A stretch of 43,170 bases of DNA. It comes from Tubiluchus corallicola. Taxonomy: Eukaryota; Animalia; Priapulida. The notes under the pieces are model-generated. The model did not search any database and was not told the origin of the DNA. It saw nothing but the letters and a program-made list of their open reading frames with translations. This document shows, piece after piece, positions 1 through 11,600 of this stretch. Where the stretch lies: positions 1-43,170 of the forward strand of contig JAQGDQ010001388.1 in the NCBI GenBank assembly GCA_030141605.1, given 5' to 3'. Each line of letters opens with the position of its first letter. Position 1 is the stretch's first letter. Position numbers and translations under genes: made by a program.

Positions 1-3000
1 ACACTAAAGACAACACATAGTTATATTAAACTCGCTAGACTGGCTTTATACAGAAGCCAGGCAGAGGATAAACTGCTCTATAACTAAAGGCAACACATAG
101 GTATATTAAACTCGCTAGACTGGCTTTATACAGCAGCCAGGCGAGGATAAACTGCTCTGTAACTAAAGCAACACATAGTTATATTAAACTCGCTAAACTG
201 CTCTATAAGTAAAGACAACACATAGTTATATTAAACTCGCTAGACTGGCTTTATACAGAAACCAGGCAGAGGATAAACTGCTCTATAACTAAAGACAACA
301 CATAGTTATATTAAACTCGCTAAACTGCTCTATAAGTAAAGACAACACATAGAAAAACCGCTAAACTGCTCTATAAGTAAAGACAACACATAGTTATATT
401 AAACTCGCTAGACTAGCTTTATACAGAAACCAGGCAGAGGATAAACTGCTCTATAAGTAAAGACAAGACATAGTTATATTAAACTCGCTAGACTAGCTTT
501 ATACAGAAACCAGGCAGAGGATAAACTGCTCTATAAGTAAAGACAACACATAGTTATATTAAACTCGCTAGACTAGCTTTACACAGAAACCAGGCAGAGG
601 ATAAACTGCTCTATAACTAAAGACAACACATAGTTATATTAAACTCGCTAGACTAGCTTTATACAGAAACCAGGCAGAGGATAAACTGCTCTATAAGTAA
701 AGACAACACATAGTTATATTAAACTCGCTAGACTACCTTTATACAGAAACCAGGCAGAGGATAAACTGCTCTATAACTAAAGACAACACATAGTTATATT
801 AAACTCGCTAGACTAGCTTTACACAGAAACCAGGCAGAGGATAAACTGCTCTATAACTAAAGACAACACATAGTTATATTAAACTCGCTAGACTAGCTTT
901 ATACAGAAACCAGGCAGAGGATAAACTGCTCTATAAGTAAAGACAACACATAGTTATATTAAACTCGCTAGACTACCTTTATACAGAAACCAGGCAGAGG
1001 ATAAACTGCTCTAAAGACAACACATAGTTATATTAAACTCGCTAGACTGGCTTTATACAGTAGCCAGGCCGCGGATAAACTGCTCTATAAGTAAAGACAA
1101 CACATAGTTATATTAAACTCGCTAGACTGGCTTTATACAGTAGCCAGGCAGAGGATAAACTGCTCTGTAACTAAAGACAACACATAGTTATATTAAACTC
1201 CCTAAACTGCTCTATAAGTAAAGACAACACATAGAAAAACCGCTAAACTGCCCTATAAGTAAAGACTACACATAGTTATATTAAACTCGCTAGACTAGCT
1301 TTATACAGAAACCAGGCAGAGGATAAACTGCTCTATAAGTAAAGACAAGACATAGTTATATTAAACTCGGTAGACTGGCTTTATACAGAAACAAGGCAGA
1401 GGATAAACTGCTCTAAAGACAACACATAGTTAAATTAAACTCGCTAGACCGGCTTTATACAGAAACCAGGCAGAGGATAAACTGCTCTATAAGTAAAGAC
1501 AACACATAGTTATATTAAACTCGCTAGACTGGCTTTATACAGAAGCCAGGCAGAGGATAAACTGCTCTATAAGTAAAGACAACACATAGTTATATTAAAC
1601 TCGCTAGACTGTCTTTATACAGAAACCAGGCAGAGGATAAACTGCTCTATAACTAAAGACAACACATAGTTATATTAAACTCGCTAGACTGGCTTTATAC
1701 AGAAACCAGGCAGAGGGTAAACTGCTCTAAAGACAACACATAGTTATATTAAACTCGCTAGACTGGCTTTATACAGAAGCCAGGCAGAGGATAAACTGCT
1801 CTATAACTAAAGACAACACATAGTTATACTAAACTCGCTAGACTGGCTTTATACAGAAACCAGGAGAGGATAAACTGCTCTATAAGTAAAGACAACACAT
1901 AGTTATATTAAACTCGCTAGACTGTCTTTATACAGAAACCAGGCAGAGGATAAACTGCTCTATAAGTAAAGACAACATATAGTTATATTAAACTCGCTAG
2001 ACTGGCTTTATACAGAAACCAGGCAGAGGATAAACTGCTCTAAAGACAACACATAGTTATATTAAACTCGCTAGACTGGCTTTATACAGCAGCCAGGCGA
2101 GGATAAACTGCTCTGTAACTAAAGCAACACATAGTTATATTAAACTCCCTAGACTGGCTTTATACAGAAACCAGGCAGAGGATAAACTGCTCTTTACACT
2201 AAAGACAACACATAGTTATATTAAACTCGCTAGACTGTCTTTATACAGAAACCAGGCAGAGGATAAACTGCTCTATAAGTAAAGACAACACATAGTTATA
2301 TTAAACTCGATAGACTGGCTTTATACAGAAACAAGGCAGAGGATAAACTGCTCTAAAGACAACACATAGTTATATTAAACTCGCTAGACTGGCTTTATAC
2401 AGAAACCAGGCAAAGGACAAACTGCTCTGTAACTAAAGACAAGACATAGTTATATTGAACTCGCTAGACTGGCTTTATACAGAAACCAGGCAGAGGATAA
2501 ACTGCTCTATAAGTAAAGCAACACATAGTTATATTAAACTCGCTAGACTAGCTTTATACAGAAACCAGGCAGAGGATAAACTGCTCTATAAGTAAAGACA
2601 ACACATAGTTATATTAAACTCGCTAGACTAGCTTTACACAGAAACCAGGCAGAGGATAAACTGCTCTGTAACTAAAGACAACACATAGTTATATTAAACT
2701 CGATAGACTGGCTTTATACAGAAACAAGGCAGAGGATAAACTGCTCTAAAGACAACACATAGTTATATTAAACTCGCTAGACTGGCTTTATACAGTAGCC
2801 AGGCAGCGGATAAACTGCTCTATAAGTAAAGACGACACATAGTTATATTAAACTCGCTAGACTGGCTTTATACAGAAACCAGGCAGAGGATAAACTGCTC
2901 TATAAGTAAAGACAACACATAGTTATATTAAACTCGCTAGACTGGCTTTATACAGAAACCAGGCAGAGGATAAACTGCTCTATAAGTAAAGACAACACAT

Positions 3001-4230
3001 AGTTATATTAAACTCGCTAGAGTAGCTTTACACAGAAACCAGGCAGAGGATAAACTGCTCTATAACTAAAGACAACACATAGTTATATTAAACTCGCTAG
3101 ACTAGCTTTATACAGAAACCAGGCAGAGGATAAACTGCTCTATAAGTAAAGATAACACATAGTTATATTAAACTCGCTAGACTAGCTTTATACAGAAACC
3201 TGGCAAAGGATAAACTGCTCTGTAACTAAAGACAAGACATAGTTATATTGAACTCGCTAGACTGGCTTTATACAGAAACCAGGCGGAGGATAAACTGCTC
3301 TATAAGTAAAGCAACACATAGTTATATTAAACTCGCTAGACTAGCTTTATACAAAAACCAGGCAGAGGATAAACTGCTCTATAAGTAAAGACAACACATA
3401 GTTATATTAAACTCGCTAGACTAGCTTTACACAGAAACCAGGCAGAGGATAAACTGCTCTGTAACTAAAGACAACACATAGTTATATTAAACTCGCTAGA
3501 CTGGCTTTATACAGAAACCAGGCAGAGGATAAACTGCTCTATAAGTAAAGACAACACATAGTTATATTAAACTCGGTAGACTGGCTTTATACAGAAACAA
3601 GGCAGAGGATAAACTGCTCTAAAGACAACACATAGTTATATTAAACTCGCTAGACTGGCTTTATACAGTAGCCAGGCAGCGGATAAACTGCTCTATAAGT
3701 AAAGACAACACATAGTTACATTAAACTCGCTAGACTGGCTTTATACAGTAGCCAGGCAGCGGATAAACTGCTCTATAAGTAAAGACGACACATAGTTATA
3801 TTAAACTCGCTAGACTGTCTTTATACAGAAACCAGGCAGAGGATAAACTGCTCTATAAGTAAAGACAACACATAGTTATATTAAACTCACTAGACTGGCT
3901 TTATACAGAAACCAGGCAGAGGATAAACTGCTCTAAAGACAACACATAGTTATGCTAAACTCGCTAGACTGGCTTTATACAGAAACCAGGTAGAGGATAA
4001 ACTGCTCTATAAGTAAAGACAAGACATAGTTATATTAAACTCGCTAGACTAGCTTTATACAGAAACCAGGCAGAGGATAAACTGCTCTATAAGTAAAGAC
4101 AACACATAGGTATATTAAACTCGCTAGACTGTCTTTATACAGAAACCAGGCAGAGGATAAACTGCTCTATAAGTAAAGACAACACATAGTTATATTAAAC
4201 TCGCTAGACTGTCTTTATACAGAAACCAAG
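1..4230. repeat. 80-bp tandem satellite, roughly 55 monomers, truncated by the window start
   Basis: Consensus CTATAAGTAAAGACAACACATAGTTATATTAAACTCGCTAGACTGGCTTTATACAGAAACCAGGCAGAGGATAAACTGCT read directly, with an exact 80-bp period over 371-1010. Recurrent 73-bp and 47-bp deletion variants occur. The array ends at ~4230. Confidence 0.97.
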
Positions 4231-4693
4231 AGAAGTTATTATTCAACTTCAACTGTCTGTCAGCCTGTATTAATTTTGTTACGTTTGCGTGTAAAAGCTA
4301 CGCTGTGCAGCTCCGCCCACACATGGATTTCATGTAGAAGATCTAATCATGGGTAGTTGCAGTTAAATGGCCATCAGAGAAGTGCAATTTTTTAAGAAAA
4401 GGCAACATGAGCCACCATAAGTTTATTTTCTGTTCGAACATTAGTCGCAACTAAAATCTTGTTTACTTGCGCATTTACAATTTGGTAAATTAAGAACGTG
4501 ACTAAGAACATTTCTATTAAGGTAATAATTAAAAACATTATTCTATTTTCTATATCTAATTACAAAAGCTGAAAGACAGCATAGACGCAACATGTGTAGG
4601 TATCCTAATTTAATGGCAATTGGTTAACTACATATCATTGTATGTGAAAACACTTGAAAGATCTGGTTGGCTGCAAGAAAACATAATATATAT

Positions 4694-5072
4694 TGTGATG
4701 CCGTCCATGATAGCGAGGATTCATAATTAACCAAAGAAAATTATCAGAAAAAAAGAAAAGAAAGAAAATAAAGTAAAATGAAACACTTAGCAACAGTTTA
4801 TAGCTGACACTTACGCGTTGAGTCGAAATGCAAACCAAAGGGTTAAACCAGAAATTACTGAATCACGACTGACTTAATAACAGCAACCAAGAAGAGAAAA
4901 ACAAAATGAAACCGAAGCCGAACATGGCCGAGAACTCACTGCCCTCGAATCTACGAGAACAGGTTACACGCTCGAGAAAATTGGCCTAAAAAACTGAGCT
5001 CTGATTGGCCCACGCAATTTTACATTCAATACACTACATTTTCACGAATTCCGTGACGTGCGACCCGCCACA
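4694..5072. mobile_element. probable solo LTR (379 bp)
   Basis: Termini TGTGATG...CGCCACA (TG..CA with a TGTG/CACA inverted end), flanked on both sides by ATAT (4690-4693 and 5073-5076), a candidate 4-bp TSD. More CpG-rich than its flanks, with two CCAAT motifs on the minus strand. No internal coding sequence is present to confirm the call. Confidence 0.5.
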
Positions 5073-5099
5073 ATATATATATATATATATATATATATA
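5073..5099. repeat. (AT)n microsatellite
   Basis: Perfect AT dinucleotide run abutting the putative LTR. Confidence 0.9.
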
Positions 5100-5360
5100 G
5101 ACGTAACGTAATGACAAATATATTCAGAACACCCATGATAGGCGTAGGATTCTAAGCATTTCAGTTGAAAGCACTTGAAAAATCAAAACACCTACTGCTG
5201 GCACAATTAAAAGTGCTTCATTGCCATATCAGGAAATTGACGTTACTCAATATTCATGTTATTTTGCATTATAACTGCGACCAATCTTGAAAAAAATCTT
5301 ATTATCCTGATCTAAACATTCAACTTCTTTTACCAAGCAAAATCACCAGTTGACACTCAC

Positions 5361-5562
5361 TCACTGATTTTGTTGTCCTCGCAGAACTTAAAGTAATCCC
5401 AAACTTCTTGACTTTTAATTGTCGCCACAGATGCCCCAGATTGCTTGCATAAGTTATAGCCTTGTATGCGATTGTGAGCACCTGGGAAGATTTTGTAGCA
5501 GTAGTGCTTAGTCCCATTAGCACCAATAAATCCACCAAATCCATCAGGACATGAAGCCCAAG
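5361..5562 (-). CDS. exon encoding the N-terminal third of a C-type lectin-like domain, paralogous to exon 27898-28084
   Basis: TTTTTAG acceptor, phase 1; translates WASCPDGFGGFIGANGTKHYCYKIFPGAHNRIQGYNLCKQSGASVATIKSQEVWDYFKFCEDNKIS. Aligns with KASCPEGFEGFVGADGTNNYCYKF...ASIKSEEVWDYF and shares the phase-2 donor GTGAGTGTCAA. Confidence 0.85.
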
Positions 5563-7755
5563 CTAAAAAGCAAAAAAACTTGAAGTTAGTAAACACAAGA
5601 ATCTGTTAGACATTATTTAATGAATTTTGAATATTACAAACATTTGCAATTTATTTAAATATATTAACAACATCAGCAAACCATTTCAAAACAACAGATT
5701 TTAGCTTTTTTTCCAAATCTTATAGTCAATTCCAGAAGTAATCTAAAGCAAATTAAGATAAATACCCACTAAGGAACCAAATCTATAATCCAGCAAGGAA
5801 TTTTACTTTGGAATTCTCTACCACTACAGGTCACTTAAATTGGGGTCTGATTTAAAACAAAATTAAAATCATTAATATTAACCAAATATGAAGAACCATC
5901 AAACCAGTACCACAACACACACACATCAGTTCAGAATTTCTATATTCACAGCCATATTAATCAAATGATAATTTTTAATTTTTATAATAATTATGAATAC
6001 GTTATACTTTGATTCGATAATTAAATTTTGTTTCTACTCTTTGTGGATTACTACACAGTAATTTAGATTGCACTGACGTGTTCGATTTTAGCAGAGTAAG
6101 ATTTTGTTAGCTAACACTGATTGATCATCTCTTTATAGTTTTTTTGGTGGCTATCATTGTATTTTGATAGCGAATAAAGATTAATATATCTATATGAATA
6201 ATATACATACCCGACACACCATACCTAAAATACCCCTTAACAACAGACTATGCTATTTTTTTTTTAAAATCAAAAAATTGATGACGAAAAGCTTTTAATT
6301 CTTGTAATTATTATAATGATTTAAGACGTAGCCTGTTTTCTCATACCATTGGAATTTTCCCAAAGTATGTTAATCTTACGGTACAGGAAAAATTCATATT
6401 TCTAATGAATGGAAGTGAAAGTGAATTTGCAAATTTCAAACTAAATTACAGTCTGTTTTAAAAGAAGGAAATAATATCTTAGTCGCAGGAAATCCTATTC
6501 AATTGATAGCAACAGCTGATTATTGTAATTATATGATTTGTGTAAACGTACGAAAATTATTTACTGTTTAACCTTTACTGTTTCTTTTACTGTTTCAATA
6601 ATTATGATTATTATACCCAAGTGTTGGGATGTGTAGTGTGTTGTGTAATTTTTTGTTTGCATTTTATTGTATATGGTTTTGTGTCGTTCGTGAATAAACT
6701 GTAACATGAACATGTATAACTGTATATATTTGTGAATCCTTTTTCTCATGGACACCAGAAGAGGTAGCACGGTTTTCTTTCTTACTTTTGTTAATCTTTT
6801 GTTATTGATCTGTGCAGTAAGGTATACATGTGAATCAAACCAAAGGAACAAATGGTACTTTATTTGCGAACATAGTAAAGTATTGTAATATGTTTAATTT
6901 TTAATGTAAGTTTTTTGAAACACACACCAAAGTTCACTTTCCTCGCCCTTTAGAAATCGACAACCATTTTGTAAACAACGTAATAAGATCAAGGCAGGCA
7001 TTTCAGGATGAATACGTATTTATAACAAACAAATAATGTCAGATAACTTAAATTTTATGATTTCTTTTACTGACAAAGTTTAAGATACATTTGAATCTCG
7101 CACGGACAACAGAAAGATAAACAAAAAAATGCCATGCATAGTTTAGGGAAACAATTGTTGATACTAATTGACACACAGAATGTAAATAACCATTGATTCA
7201 GTGCACTGCACACAGTGTGGCTTTTTCTTCAAGTCTAACTTCTGCTTGCTGGGATCTATTACAGATGTGAGCATCGATTTCAAGAGACGTATGAACAGTG
7301 AGCTTTTATAGTCGATATAGAGGACATTCTTGTCGGATAGAAACGTTTTCGTTTCTCCCGTTTGAAGAAAAATAATTACGAATTCTGCGAAGATATTTGA
7401 TTCTCTCAGTACAGTGTGTTCTTTAGATCACAAAGCTCATGAACATCATTAAATAATAATAGAGAGATGATTATCACAAGTTATGAAACAAAACTAGAGA
7501 TGTTTATCAAAGTCGGTGCAAAAACAACTAACATAATATGTGTTGCTACAATTACATGAGTTCATTACATATTTTGTGGAAATTTGTCAATGAAAAGGGA
7601 CATATGTGGCAAAAATTAACAGCCTTACAATAAAGATGGGTAATTGACAGTTGGAATGATAGGATTCCTTAGAATACGACATTTTTAACAAATTTGGTCA
7701 GCTAATTTTGTCAGCTAAATTTTGACCTGTAATTGAAAATTGTAAAAATAATGAT

Positions 7756-8028
7756 GGTTTTCTAGTATCACCTTACTGTTCTTGTAGTGCCTGTCTTGAA
7801 ACTAATGAAAACTTTTTTTCTAAATTGTTCAAACTATATGATGCCAAGAAATAATATATTCAACGAGCTTAAAGCTTTGTGTAGTAAAAATGACATTAAA
7901 AATTTGGTAGTGAGAAATATTATAAATTTCTTACTCCACGGAGATGAAAATCTAAGATATGTAGATAATTGTAAAAAATATTTGATTGTGTACAGTTGTT
8001 TAAAACTGACTCGAAATGTTTCAATTAA
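7756..8028 (+). mobile_element. decayed 3' end of a non-LTR retrotransposon (LINE) ORF2
   Basis: Allowing two frameshifts in homopolymer runs, it reads GFLVSPYCSCSACLETNENFF/LNCSNYMMPRNNIFNEL...NFLLHGDENLRYVDNCK/IFDCVQLFKTDSKCFN*. This resembles the C-terminal Cys-knuckle, LL.G and terminal KRF-like pattern of invertebrate LINE ORF2 proteins. Recognised by eye only. Confidence 0.6.
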
Positions 8029-8662
8029 TGAACTGATTAATTTATATACATGTTTATCAACGATAAACAAGTTCAATGCACAGGCTAAATATTTAAATGT
8101 TCATCATTGTTTAGTATCTACTTACACTAGGCAGCTATATAACTTAGTAAATTTTGTTTATATTTTTATTTTGTACTACTTACTAAGCAGGGAAAACCAA
8201 TAAACTTTTTGGTACAAACTGCGTAATAAAATTATGTTTAAAATAAATAACAAATTTGATATTTGAGAATTTGTGTGTCGTTTACAGAGAAGAATAGAGT
8301 AAAACCAAAAGCAGGCAGTTTTTCTGGCGGTAGCAATGAAAGAAAGATTTGTGGTGAAGTTGCCATGGAGGTTATTCCAGAAGTAATGTCCTTGTTTTGA
8401 CTTATAAAAACTTGGTGGAAATATAACCAAAGCATTATGAAATACACCTTTGTCAGCTACCAGCGTTTTGTTGTGACGAATTTCTATAATTTATGAGGTT
8501 GGCTGATATTTATTTCAGTTCGTAAAATATTTAGTACTATTATGTCAGGTATGTTCAGTGGGGCGTAGCAAGTAACACACAAAATGTCGGCAGGTGAAAA
8601 AAAACTTAATTCTAGGTGCAGCAGGTCACATGCTTGCAACAAAAAGTGCATTCATTCTTTAC

Positions 8663-11600
8663 CCAAGCAATTTCTTCCCAATTCACTTGATCCACTCATG
8701 TCAATGGTTCCATCAATACATTGACACATGAAACTTCCTTCAGTGTTTGTGCAGTTAGCAAAGGCATGGTCACAGTCATGTGTAGGATTTGCTGTATCAC
8801 ATTCATTAACATCTGTAACATAAAAGCATAGGGAATTGAAAAGTAGCAAAAGGTTTTAGCACTTTTTGAGGATAGGCATTGCTGAGTGATCAAGTATGTC
8901 TTTAACAATGAAAGTTAAGCAATCCGTAGCCTGGTCAGTTAACAGAGTTCAGCTCCCCCTACAACAACCTACATAAGAAGTTTATGCAGCTGACTCATGT
9001 AACTCTGTTTAACCCCTTCAAGGCAATTCAAAACAGATTTTATAAGATCAACGGCTTTTCTGCAACTGTACGAGCACACGCATTAATTTCAAATTAGCTA
9101 CTGTTCTATTCAGAAAAATCTCGGCTATCCAATCCTGCTATTTGTTTAAACATTTATAAGTGATTTAATTGAATAAATTATAAAGAACTTAGTCTTTTGA
9201 GTGCCAAATATTACAGTACAAGAACTTTACATGTTTCGACTTCTATTTCTTGTTTTTTGGGTCAAACTGTGTATCTTCCATTGGCTGGTATTCTGAAAGG
9301 TTTATGATGTCTACGGGTTTCTATTGTAAGTGAATGGGAGCCAATACGTGGTTTTGTGAAAGCAATTTTAGCATTGCGAGTTACAATAAGAATTTGTAAA
9401 TAATTTTCTAATTCGTAGCTTTATTTTACTTTGCAGATGATATATTTCGTACATAACTGTTTTGCTATCGTAAACTGCGTTTTCACTTGCGTAAATTTGA
9501 TATTAAAAGTGATAATTGTTGTTATCATTTGACTTCATGTAATAATGATCATTCCGTGGGAATTTACATTTATTGTGTATGTATTTATGTAAATAAACAC
9601 TGTTCACTTATACACGAAGGTAAATGTGTTGTGGGCAATCAAGAAGCAGGGCTTGTTAGATTGTCCCACACAGTGATAGAAAAAAAATAATGGAGATAAT
9701 CTGAAAATTTAAAGTGAATCGTGATTAAAAAAAACATTAGTGCTTAAAATGGAATGACGTAATGAATGAAGCTCATACATGGGCTTCACATACTTATGAA
9801 GTTTGGTCTGGTAATCAATGTCTCTGTACAGTATGCATTTAGCAAGATTTATCATAAGCACTTTTGTGTCTTTACATAACGTTTCAGTAATTCTAACCTT
9901 AACTGTGTTTTTTGATTCATTATCATTGTATTCACACGCTTATAGATGACAAGAATAGCGGTTACTTCACTTGGGCATAATTTATATGCACATATTAATA
10001 CATGTTTATGGAATACATTACGAGGTCCAGTTTATTCATGTATTGAGGACACATTTGACCATTGTATTGAGAACGAAAGCACCAGTGTTCATTATTTACC
10101 TGAACAAATAGTTCCTGTAGCATTTGATCCACTCACATCAATTGTTCCATCAATACACTGGCATGTAAAACTTCCATCAGTATTCGAGCAGTTAGCAAGG
10201 AGAGGATCACAGTCATGAGTAGGGCTGGTGGCATCACATTCATCTATATCTGAATTAAATGAAACCGTGATGTTCAAAGTGTAATGTTCAACATTAATTA
10301 TAGTTACTGCATATTTTGTTCTAAAGCACCGAGTTATCCCTACTGTCACATGCAAAGTTTAATCTGGTTGTTAAATTATATGCAGTCATGGGTAGGACTG
10401 ACGGCATCACATTCATTTATGTCTGAATTAAACAAAACTGCAATGTTCAACAGTCATGTGTACAATTAGCAGCATGACATTAACGTATGTCTGAGTTAAA
10501 CAAAATGGTACTGTTTAATACTGATTATAGTTGCTGCATATTTCCTTTTTACACATAGAATTACCCTAAATTCACATACTTATGAAGTTTGGTCTGGTAA
10601 TCAATGTCTCTGTACAGTATGCATTTAGCAAGATTTATCATAAGCACTTTTGTGTCTTTACATAACGTTTCAGTAATTCTAACCTTAACTGTGTCTTTTG
10701 AATCATTATCATTGTATTCACACGCTTATAGATGACAAGAATAGCGGTTACTTCACTTGGGCATAATTTATATGCACATATTAATACATGTTTATGGAAT
10801 ACATTACGAGGTCCAGTTTATTCATGTATTGAGGACACATTTGACCATTGTATTGAGAACGAAAGCAGCAGTGTTCGTTATTTACCTGAGCAAATTATTC
10901 CTGTTGCATTTGCACCACTTAAATCAATTGTTCCATCAATACACTGACATGTAAAACTTCCATCAGTATTTGAGCAGTTAGCAAGGACAGGATCACAGTC
11001 ATGGGTAGGGCTGGTGGCATCACATTCATCTATATCTGAATTAAATGAAACCGTAATGTTCAAAGTGTAATGTTCAACATTAATTATAGTTACTGCATAT
11101 TTTGTTCTAAAGCACGGAGTTATCCCAACTGTCACATGCAAAGTTTAATCTGGTTGTTAATTTATATGCAGTCATGGGTAGGACTGACGGCACCACATTC
11201 ATTTATGTCTGAATTAAACAAAACTGCAATGTTCAACAGTCATGTGTACAATTAGCAGCATGACATTAACGTATGTCTGAGTTAAACAAAATGGTACTGT
11301 TTAATATTGATTATAGTTGCTGCATATTTCCTTTTTACACATTGAATTACCCTAAATTCACATACTTATGAAGTTTGGTCTGGTAATCAATGTCTCTGTA
11401 CAGTATGCATTTAGCAAGATTTATCATAAGCACTTTTGTGTCTTTACATAACGTTTCAGTAATTCTAACCTTAACTGTGTCTTTTGATTCATTATCATTG
11501 TATTCACACGCTTACAGATGACAAGAAAAGCGGTTACTTCACTTGGGCATAATTTCTGTTCGCATGTTAATACATGTTTATAAAATACATTATGTGGTCC

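Noticed and set aside
1-4230. CRISPR-like array
   Set aside because: The whole 80-bp monomer repeats with no unique spacers, there are no cas genes, and the context is eukaryotic. It is a satellite.
8556-8570. MITE-like terminus CAGTGGGGCGTAGC
   Set aside because: No matching inverted partner or TSD was found nearby.
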